Source: Raillietiella orientalis | Taxonomy: Eukaryota | Reading direction: 5' to 3' | Length of the DNA stretch: 64,000 nucleotides | Assembly: GCA_036172245.1 (NCBI GenBank) | Contig: JAYWIR010000034.1 | Span: 558,001-622,000, forward strand | Shown: positions 49,346 through 59,944 of the stretch, in pieces | Layout of the letters: every line of letters starts with the position of its first letter | How positions within the stretch are numbered: position 1 is the first letter of the stretch | Made by a program: the position numbers and the translations under genes | Notes under the pieces: model-generated | Seen by the model: the letters and a program-made list of their open reading frames with translations, nothing else | The model's database searches: none | Told to the model about the DNA's origin: nothing

Positions 49346-52300
49346 TCCGTTCTAGAATTCCATTTACAAAAAACCATTACTCAAAAAAGTCATTTATCCG
49401 TAGTGGGATGGTAACTACCACTGCATCGTTTCGTAGTCCAAGAGGGACCACTGTTTACGAGTAGACTGTCAAGCTAGATCCCCAGAGGAAAAGCTGGGGA
49501 TTAAAAATGAGAACTCCGAAAAGAAATCAACTGCTGCTCAAAGTGTAGATCATCACCTGACGTCTCTGCATGTTCCGCATGTTTAGCAGTCCTGGATCTT
49601 CAGATGCTGAAATTCTTGTGGACCGCCGAGCATAGCTAACTCATCAGGGCTCTCATGAAGGTAATGTTTGATCCCGTTATGTTGACCCTTCTCGGTGCGC
49701 CTTCGGACCACCAGCACGCCACGGAAGCAGGAGAGAACTGCGATCGCCGCGACAGGCAACATCCCGTTCCGAGAGAAGGAGCTTCCCAATGCAGGGGCGG
49801 CTGCACGCAGCAGCCTTAGCAGCTGGCATCCTATCACTAGTGAGTTGGACGCCTAGTTGGCTTCTAAACCGGGGATCGATTGCCTCAGGAGGGCGACGGA
49901 CTCCTCAGAAAACTCAGAGCAAACAGGTGCTACTCCCAGAAGAAGGATGGAAACCAACGTATTTCTTCCCCCATCCATGGTTTTGTTCGCAGAGGGGAGA
50001 GATGCAGGGCTAACAAAGCTCGATACCCACTTTTGCCAAAGCGTTCATCGACGTGGTCACCCTATGTGAACCGGTGGTCGTGTCAGCCAAAAGTGGACGC
50101 GAGGATTCGGTTGCCTCCAAAGCGTGCATCAGTAGCACGATGGACTAGTGATACGTGTTTCAAATGGACTTGAACACCGTCCGCGTGTGCTGGGTGATCA
50201 GGGTGGGGGAGGAAAGTCCTCTACCGAGTATCCTGCCAGCGATAGAATCGGAGAAGGACGCGTGCTCACATGGAGGCAAACAGCATTCCGGGTCGGGATG
50301 GGTAAGGGAAGGAATCGGTTGTGTAAATAGAATCTCAGTGAGGGTTAAGGGACAGGAAGGGAGATCTCGATGAAACGAGCAGCCCTTGTATCGGGAAGAT
50401 TGCTAGGAGTGCATCAACACGGAAGATCGCAAAGGCAGGCTCTGACGAGAAAAGCAAAATAGAGAACAGGGAATAGGAGATGGTAAGAAGAGATTCGGGG
50501 GACATTCACCATTCCACGAATCACTCGCTCCATCCGCACAGCATTTTAGTGAACAGAGTCCCGCTATCTGGATTGGATGCTGACGGTTCTTCTGAGGACG
50601 TGTCGCGTGCGACTACGACCGTCTAGGCTGCGGCCTGGGCACTCCGTGCATCACGGCGAGCAGTTCGGAGTCAACAAGTCCTTCCCTGCCTAAAAGTTCC
50701 GAGCACCATCTGTCGGATTGCGGTCTAGGAGATGATGCACAACGGCAAGTTTCCTCCGCGCTGTTCGCAGAGCATCGCAGCTTCTGTGGCCGCTTAAAAC
50801 GTCTGCGAGACCTGGTGGTGGCGAGAGTGCTCACAGTGGGAAAGATGGGCCTGCAGGTCCACTTCAGAATGATGGATTTAGTGGAGAGAAATTGAGTGTG
50901 GCACTCAGTCCTTCCAGAATGCGACGTTTCGAGGCGCACAATTGGCCGCGAGGGAACGGCATCTCTGCTGTCTCGCAACTGCGACCTGATTCTCTCGGTT
51001 TCTCCCCCTGAGACGGATCGCATGTTTGAGAGAAGAACTCCAGTGGCTCTCCTGCCGTATCCTACCGTGCAATGCACAATGACAGGAGGCAATGGACATC
51101 TGGATACCTGGACCTGCACCATGAGGTTCGACGCCACCTTGATTCGTTCAATCCATTGCCCGGAGGCATCCTTCTTGAGGGAAGGGAGACGGGACCAGAA
51201 GATGACGGCCTGAGACACTACCTCCACCTCATTATCCGCTGCATCGTTTTCTCTACAGGAAAAAAGAGGCAGTTTCTGACAGGCAGGGTGGAAGATTTCG
51301 TGCTCCACAACATGAGTGGAGAAACTCCTGAGCAAACGGTCGAAGAGCCAGCTGACCGACGCAGCAGCAGCCAGTGCCAACGCGACAAAACCGCATCCCT
51401 GGGCAGGATATCTGCTAAATCCTCTCTAGTTACCCGCGATCCTTTTTTCTTATTTGGACGGCTTCGTAATCCCCTTCAAGTTGCATCACGATAGTTTGTT
51501 CTTCATGCATAGTTACTTCCGAGCAATTCGAGACAACATCTGGCGAGGAGGAGCGTTTATCCGATCAACACCGCTTGCGGGGAAGTGGGAAAGAATTTAA
51601 ACCCACTACTGGACCTTGATGCCCTCCAGAAAATTTTAAAAATACGTCATGGCTTCCTTGTTGACCCTCCGAGGTCTTCCGAAAGAACTATATCTTTGAC
51701 ATGGACTTTCGTCTGTCTTCCCGATCGCCTTCCCGTTCTGCGTCAGGAGGACCGTCACTTCCCAGTACGCTCAGAAGACGCGTCAGCAAGGACCAGAGAC
51801 CATACTATTTACCTTCTTAGTGATTAGGAGTGCGGAGAATGACCTCTCTAGAAACAATTCAAAAGAAACGCTATTGTATTAACCGAAGGCTGCTGAAGGC
51901 GTCTGCAGCCTGCAACCGATGATTCTGTTTTCTTCCTCCCTTATTAACCTATATTTTTATCGTGCCGTCTCCCTTCCATGATCTTGTCTTTCCTTCTAGA
52001 CGACCTAGGAGTTCAGATCTCATTCTTTCCCTGCCATAGTCTCCAAGGATCGGAGTTTCATTTTGCTCCAAGAGAATCAACGTCTTGGATTCATAGGAAA
52101 CAACGATACCGTCCCTGGTTGCAAAAGAGACCCCAGCACAAGAACAGCACGTTTGCGCGCTGCCAGCTTCAGTGTTGAAAGAAGATGAGGAATTCTGTCA
52201 CCCTGAAGGCATCCGGATCCATTCCGAAGGTCCAGTGTTTGAGTCCTCGATTTGATATGCTAGGCATGGCATCCAGAGCTTTGTCGGCAATCGCAATGGT

Positions 52301-53169
52301 CCAGGACAGGTTGTGGTTCAGCTTGTCTATTGCAGCCATCACCCGGGTTCCTTCCCCTCTCGGGCTGCCCTTAACTTGAAGAGTCAACACTTACTCTCAA
52401 GTGGCGTAGACAGTGTTGAAGAACTTTGTGGGCTCTTTCTAAGAGATGAACAGTTCTTCAGCACTTAATGAACCCAAAAAAAGTAAAAAGAGACAAAAGG
52501 AAAGCAGCGAAAACAGAAGAACCCGAATTTCCATCTCTTCTGAGTCACTCGTATGAAGAAGGAACGTCCATTTAACGTCCCTTCATCCTCCTGACGACGC
52601 CAATGCTCAGTTGGTCCTGAGCGTGGCTATCCAATCCGTTGCAGATTGTTGCTCACAGCCTCCTTTGCACTTGGATCCTGCCGACGCCGCCACCAGCGCG
52701 GTGTCTTTCTTACGTGAGAATATATCCGCCCTAGAATTACGTTTCATCGTGCGTTCTTTCCGTGGATCACGTGAACGTTGAAGCGTACACACCAGGAACC
52801 TCCGAGGCGGAGCTGCTCACCTACGGAGCTGCAACCTATGGGTTGCAGAATGCCTCCTCGCTGCCAGCGCGGAGAGCGGATGAACCGATCTTCCCTACCG
52901 TGGCGGACCGTTCGTCAGCTCTAGAGTGCGTTTCGGGACAGACGAGTGCCCGAGACGAGGCTCCGTTCCCTCTTCCACCTCGTTGCTGGAGATGAGACTT
53001 TGCTGGCAGGATCTCCTTTCCGTGCGACGTCTTCGTCGAGAGCAGCTGCTGTCGCGAGCTGCCAGCGCGCGGACTCACCTGCCCGAACCCGGTGGACTCG
53101 CCCCTTATCACGAGCCCCCACGGGCTCGTGATGAGTAGGAACACAGTGTGTTCCCTCTGTGGATTATCA

Positions 53170-53540
53170 CCAGCATGGACGTGCGCATGGACGTTTATTT
53201 CATATAAAGATAAACATGTACTAACTCTGCTGTTAAATCGGTGGTCCAACCACGTCCTCTTCAGAAGAAATCTGCCTGCCACGTTACCGGTGCGAGACCG
53301 TTGAGATCTGCCACTGTAGCAGGAGAGGGAAAAGGGAAGGAGAAAGGGGGCAAACAAAAGAAACAAAAATGAGGATAAATAGATAAATTTGGGGGTGCAG
53401 GAAGAGATTACTTCTGGGGCGATCCTCTGCATCCTTTGGAGGATGCTGGCAAGCTTTTGCTAAAGGTTGTTTTTCAGGTGGGGTTATCTTGTTTCTATCC
53501 TCATAAAGCGGACGGCGAAGTGGATTATACTCCTCTTGCA
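53170..53540 (-). mobile_element. Old LINE 3' end fragment
   Basis: ASILQRMQR-type ORF2 terminus, T-rich UTR, and aataaacgtcc on the minus strand at about 53188-53198. Confidence 0.5.
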
Positions 53541-55584
53541 TCGCTCCAGAAAGCTACAATCCCCCGTGAGCAGCAGGGGCTGTTAGCAGTGCTGCCGGCT
53601 GAAGGATGCGTCAAGAAGATTGAGCCACCTGGAAAACAACATTCCCTCCGTGGAGGTGATTACAGCGTGACCTCACGCACAGAGAGGCGGCTGCTGCTTC
53701 TGTGCTTCGTCTACTCTCCCGTCGCTTCTGCCACTCCACCGTTCGAACGCATGGTAGGGTTTCTTCTCCCGGTTCAGAAACCATACTTCTCTAGTCGCTC
53801 GCGGAGTCTCCCAGAACTCTAGCCGTTTCTTTGCGGGAGACACCCTATTATTTATTGGCGCTCTCCAGGATACCGATGGTCACCTCCTCCACTGCGGAAG
53901 CAACGGTCTCAACCCTCTTCCTCCTAGGGAGAGGGCTTTTCTCTCGTCCATCCACCCCTTGCAGTCGTTCCCCATTCGGCAAATGGCTACCTGACGGCGG
54001 AGACTGCCTGCCTCAGGACAAGAATCCTGTAGGTGGCCGGTCTGACCGCAAAGGATGACATTGGGTCATGCAGACAAGCGAGGCCTCTTTTTCAAGTGAC
54101 CCGCTCCTCGTAGTGGCCGCAATCTTTTGCAGTTCCGAGTATCAACAGTCCGATGTGGCCATGCCGTCCAGATGCAGGACGCGGGAAAGTCAGGCTCGGT
54201 CGCTCGCACTTTCATTGAGCGCAGCCGCATGTCGGCTTTGGACGTCGCCGAAACGCACAATGATCTTCGGTCTACACCCCAGTGCGTGCATCGTCGCTTA
54301 CTATGTGAATTATTTGCCGAATGATAGCCAGTTCTCTTTCATTTGTTCCCTCTGGAACGTTGATTTCATGGACTACGAAAGAACGGTCCGCCACGGCAGG
54401 GGAGACCTTAGCGAACTTCTAGGGTTAATAGGACGTGCAACAGCTTCTGCGTTTGGAGACTCAGCGTGCAGACCGCCTCCGAAAATCGGCTGACTGCACA
54501 ATCGTGATGAGGTCTTCCTTGAGAGCGACCTCGCTCCGGAATTCCTCTTCGAACTCGGTTGGCTTCACCTGCTGATACCTTATCTCACTCTCCTCACTGG
54601 CTGCGAGCAGGCTTTCTGCATCTCCTGGCTACGTAGGCGCGTAGCTCTGCCTTGGAGGCCTGGTTCACATCAGTTGGCAGCGGTCTCCTCGCTTCTCCAG
54701 GTGGCCCCTCGGGAACTATTCTCGGTGGGAAACGAAGCACTGCTCTTACTTTGGACTTGTTGACTCTCATCATCATGGAATTTTTGCATCACCTTGAACA
54801 CCGCCGGACTCCTGTACGATGACCCGTGTAGATGCTTTTCTTGGAAAAGTCCTCTGAGAATCGATAAGGTCCGAAATTTGTCCTTGAATACTTAGTGGTT
54901 CCCACAGATTCGGAGCTCAGAAAAATGACCGTGGCTGCCAGCTGGGGAACCATCACTAGTGCTTCCAGGTACGCCGGATCCTCAGACGTGTCATCGCCTG
55001 GGAAAGGCAAATATTCCTACTTCCCGATGGAGTCCCTCGGCTTCCCACTGCGGCAGATGGTCTTCATGATGGAAGGAAAGGAATGAACATCCTGCTTACT
55101 ATTGAACTTCAATGTATGACGTCAGGAGCAGATAGACAACTGAGCAAAGCTGACGGGAGAACGTTCCGAAGAGTTCCGTCGACTGCAATCCCTCAGGTAT
55201 GTGTCCCTAGAGGACGCGATAAAAAGTCCTAAGTGAACCTTCTATCGTCTGTGCTGCAGCTCTGTCATCCTAAAGGAAAGAAATGACGACACGAACATGA
55301 GGACATCTCCTCTGGGCGAATCGGCCTTCTTCAAGGGAAACTGGTGATTCTCTTTCTGTACCTCAACATTTCTGTGTTCTGGATAGCCGCCACACCCTTT
55401 GCCGCAGCACTGTTTTCCCTCAGGGCAAGAAATGACAGTTGCCAACTGGCGGGGTAGGCGTTCTGCAAAACTTCAGAAGTCGCAATGCTGCTCGACGGCT
55501 GCAAGTCGAGAGAGTTGGTAGGTGACGCCACTCCTCGTTCTTGGACGAAGGGACTCCTTTGGTGGAAGGGCCTGCTTCGTTTAA

Positions 55585-56400
55585 CAGCCGGTAATGCCGG
55601 GGCGTTTATTATAAAAAAGTAATAAGCATAAGGCCATAAGGTTAGTTTAAGGGCCATCGACCCTACATTGTCCGAAAATGTGCAGAACCTGCCGAGTGAA
55701 CCGGCACGCAGGCCGGCGAGGTTCTCCACGGCAGCAGTGGGGAAGCGACAAACAAAAGTAAAAATACAATAAATATCAATAAAAAAAGAAAACCCTAGGG
55801 GGCAAGGAAAGGGATCACTGTCCGCTGGTGGGCGTCCTCTGCATCTTTCCCAGGATGCCTGCAAGTTCCATCTGAGTTTGCCCCAGGTGGGGCCATCTAT
55901 CTGCCGTCCGCAGGAAGCGCAGGGCGGAGCAAATGGCGGTCTATCGCGCCGTCCTCCTCTCGAGTAGCTCCAGCCTGCCACAAATCCACGTAGGCAGCAA
56001 CAGCTGCTGGACATGCGGCACGTGGAAGGGCATCGTGCACGATGAGGGGCTGCATAACGTCCCAGGGATTCTCCCTTGGTGCAGCAAGGGCCGTTGTTCC
56101 ACAAGAAGACTCTCAGGAGGGCCTTCATCCGCCTCTTTATACTATCCTGTGAGGGCAAACAAGAATTAAGGGCAGGACAGCGGGGTCATGAACCTCTTCC
56201 ACACCGCAGCCCATTCTGGCAAGAGAAACTTGCCATCCTGGAACAGGCCGATTGCCAACTCTGCCTTCTGGAAGCAGCTAGAACACGTCTCCGTCCCAGA
56301 ATAGTCCCCCATCGGTACAACGAGATACTTAAAGTACCGAATTGTGGGAATCCCCAAGAGGATCCAGTCCAGTTACCCTGACCACGCCGATCCAAATGCT
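55585..56400 (-). mobile_element. Internally deleted L1/Tx1-like 3' fragment
   Basis: GIPTIRYFKYLVVPMGD...FQKAELAIGLFQDGKFLLPE, then the C-terminus, cagtgatccctt (55809-55820) and terminal aataaacgccccggcattaccggctg (55585-55610). Confidence 0.8.
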
Positions 56401-57529
56401 ACCACGAACAATCTGTGGTCTTATGAGAAACCAAAGTTAAATTCTACAAAACGACTGCATAAAATGATTTCTGTTGCCACCTCATCTTTTTGAGAATGCA
56501 CTCAATGCTTCGAAAGGGTCGAAGGCGGTACCAATTGCCTGCGATCAAATGTTACAAATTAGTTGTTCATATACATTCAGGAACGATTTATTTAACATGC
56601 GACTGAGATAACTTTTAGGCCACGTAATCTGACTCTGTGTGTGGATAGCATGGTTACCTAGTTTCAGCTTCTCTTTGTTTTTTTTGCCGTTCCGAGAATG
56701 TGTGACAGCCACGCATTAAAGAACAAGCGCAAATCCCAAAAAACCCAACAACATTGATTTAAAGAAAAGGCGTATTCCGTTACATCGTGATCAGTTCCGG
56801 AAGAACTAAGATCTAGAATCAGGACCTCAAAGCAGGATCAATGCAGCAATTAACTTTGGAAAAAAAAAAAGAAAAAGGAAGAATTCGTCGGATGGAGAAG
56901 AAAAAATTTCCATGGAAAAAACTTTCCCCGTTTGTGATGCTCAAACAGCAGAAGGGAAAAAAAACCATAGAAAATGTAAAGTAAAGGAGGAAAAATCCAT
57001 CTTAACCACGAAAAGAGATGAATGTGTGTGAACGGAACGGTTCTCAAATCTTAGAGAAGAAAGCTTTCGGAGCCACTAACTTTATCTTTTTGGAAAGCAC
57101 GAGCGTTCGTTCTCTTTCCTGGGAAACCTCTTTGCCACGCTCGTCTGGACGCCTGACCTGTTCTCCTCCGGTCCGGTCCCACGGCTTAGCAGCTCGTGGA
57201 AACCCTCGAGTATGGGCGTTGGTCAACGCAGTCGAATGCTTTGGGCAAGTCAGTGCGACCGCAAGGACCTCCCCTCTCTTTTCCGGCCATGCTGCTTACC
57301 ACCGGTGGACGTCCCGGAATTCGGGGTGCCGACCGTGTTCGCTCCGTTCGCTTTGCACCTCTGGAACTCCAGCGAGGCGTTTGCGAAGAGCAGGTTGGCA
57401 TCCATACTCCTCCCGGGAATAGCGTATGGGTGTTTCTTGTTTATTGGAGCGATACACATCTCTTTAAACTAATGGTTTTTTAATAAACGTCTCGGCGTGA
57501 CCAGGTTAAAACCGAATCAGCAGCATTGA

Positions 57530-57940
57530 GCGCTACACCAGGCAGAGCAGCTCTTTTATGAAGCATTGATAGAACTTCTTGGGCAGGTCGTCTTCTGCTG
57601 GAGCCTTCCGCCTCTTAAGCTTCCCGATTGCGTTGATGATTTCACCCATCGTGAAAGGCTCGTCGAGACGTGCTTTGTTCTCTTCGATCGCTGTGGCGCC
57701 TTTGGGAAGCAGCAACTAAGAGATGCCCCACTCCTGAGATGTTCAAGTCTACAGAATGCAGTAATAATTGCTCACTAGGCTTCAGGGTTCGAGTGCTCCT
57801 GACCGTTGTCGTCCAGCAGGCTGGCCGACCCGGATTGCCAGGTTTGCCTCACGGCTCCGGCTTTGTACTCTACTAGTCGGCAGATGTCCCATATTCGGGT
57901 GTAGCGACGAGCCTGCAAATACATTCCTTTGTTCCGAACA
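57530..57940 (-). mobile_element. Pre-RT ORF2 fragment of an L1/Tx1-like element
   Basis: EENKARLDEPFTMGEIINAIGKLKRRKAPAEDDLPKKFYQCF, the L1-type KAPGPDG..EFY region. Confidence 0.85.
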
Positions 57941-57944
57941 CCCT

Positions 57945-59535
57945 TGCCAAAGCCTGGTCAGGTGGTCTCCAGAAGGTAGAGTTGGCGATCGGCCCGTTCC
58001 TGGAAGGCAAGTTCCTCTTGCCGGAACGGGCCGCGGTGCGAAACGCGTTCGCAGCTCCCATCCTCCGCCCTCTGCTTTTTGTTTGCCCTGTCCACTTCAG
58101 TTGAAGAAGCGAACCAAGGACCTCTCCGTATCGCCCTGTGGGGCAACGGGATGCCCTGAGTGAAGCTGCAGGATTTATGCGCTCCTCTTCCGGACGGCAG
58201 TCTCGGCCTCCTGACGATGAAGCGCTTGGAAATCCAGCTGCGATGGCTTACCATTGCCATCGCAGAGAAGGTGTGGAGCACCCCTTGATGCGTTCCGACC
58301 CGCCTCCTAGCTAGCCGTATATCCAGGACGCAAGGACTCGCGTCTCATCTTGTGTGCCCCGGCCGGAAGATCAGAAGATGCGGCCTACTTGGACGCATGG
58401 CCACACTGGCCAAGGAAAACGGCTGGATGGCATGCAGCCCCGTCAACTCCTCTGCATGGCTGGAGGAATCTGTTGGAACGTGGGCGAAGTTAAATGCCCC
58501 GAGAATTAGCAGCTGGAACTACATGCGATTCGGGCCCTAAGCCCGCTGCACCCTGCGGACCATTCTGGAGTGTCCCGCAAGGAGCACGTGGGCGCAGACC
58601 ACTCCTTTAGATACGGCGCTGACCTTCCTACGGAGGGTCTTCGTCAGCGGCCGGACGCCGAAGTGGCAAGTCTCCTGTCGGATCGCGGACAGAGGGAAGA
58701 TGAGCGGTTGGACCATGAGAGAGCTGTCGGATGCCACGATCCCGAGTGTCCTTCCGCGTAGACTTTTGCGATAGGGCGAGCTGCTCGGCATCCCGACGGA
58801 TGACCTGAAGTGGCTCCCGGTATTAAATGGTTCCAGGATCCTCCCCCTCAAGTGGCAAGAGTCGGTGCTCCTGTTGTTGCATTGGGGTCTACCCTGCAAC
58901 GCCCGCCGCTTCCATTGGATGAGGGGCAGAGTAAACCTGAGTGTGCCAGGTGCGGGGAGCGGGAGTCCCTCCCCCACCTCATAGTTGACTTTCCTGCCCT
59001 CCAGCCCCTGTCGGAACGTTTCGAGACGACCCTTGGGATACCAGTTGGCGGCAATCCCAGAGACGTTTACCGCCTCCTCTTCGTGCGGGACGCTTTGCAG
59101 CCAGCCGCAGCCTTGGCAGCACTTTGCTGCATCCGTGGGATTGTGGCGACCTGGAGTGAAGCCGATGAAGAAACCAACGAGAGGAACGTCATCCCGTTTG
59201 CTGTTTGCTTCCTGCAGAGAGCTACCGGATGGCCGCAGCTGGGTGGAATGAAAAAGGACCTCGAGGGCATCCTGCAAAGGATGGACCCTCCTCTTAGTGG
59301 TTAGTGATCCCTTCCTAGACTTCCAAATTCTTTTTTTTTTGTTTTGTTTGTTTTATTTTTCTTTTTGTTCTTTTCCCAACCCCTTCCACTGCCATTCCAC
59401 GCTGGTCTGCTTCCCGGCGTCCCGGCAGGTCCTGCTAAATGTTAGCCGTTAGTGGGACCTTGTACCACGTACTGTCATGACTATACGGAGAGTTTGAATA
59501 AACGTCCCGGCGTATCCGGGTGGCAACGTCAAATC
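57945..59535 (+). mobile_element. Post-RT ORF2, zinc finger and 3'UTR of an L1/Tx1-like element
   Basis: AWSGGLQKVELAIGPFLEGKFLLPERAAV...DGSLGL...KPECARCGERESLPHLIVDF...LEGILQRMDPPLSG*, with terminal aataaacgtcccggcgtatccgggtg (59497-59522). Confidence 0.9.
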
Positions 59536-59944
59536 CTCTTGTGAGACGGTCCAAGGGGAAACGCTCGCAGAACACTCGGACGGAACTTCAAATCGTCCCA
59601 GTCGTCGAGCGTCTGCACGCTGCAACCTTGCAGGAACGAGCGGAAGTGTTCCGCTGCACATGGCATGTTGAGCCAGTCCCTCGGAAGTCGCCACGCCAGC
59701 GAGGGGGGTCCCCTGTCGTGCGGACAAACTTCAAGTTCCGCCCGGGAGTGGCTATAGAGCGTGTGAGAAACCTTTCCTCGCCTCCCCACACGAGAGCTCA
59801 GGTGCTTGTCAAGGAAGACGTGGTCCACGCTTCCTCCATCCCGTGCTCCCCGGCTAACAAGTTGGACGCATGCATCGCAGCACACATCTCGTTAACCAAG
59901 ATGGCCTCTTTCTTCGACGCATCTGACAGCAGGCGGATCTAGAA

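Noticed and set aside
50613..51380. 255-aa ORF as a real CDS or tyrosine recombinase
   Set aside because: No recognisable motifs, a non-ATG start, and competing ORFs on the other strand; cannot be supported without a search.
55331..56158. 275-aa ORF as a host gene
   Set aside because: Runs mostly out of frame through a deleted LINE C-terminus, its 3'UTR and flanking DNA; no coherent domain.
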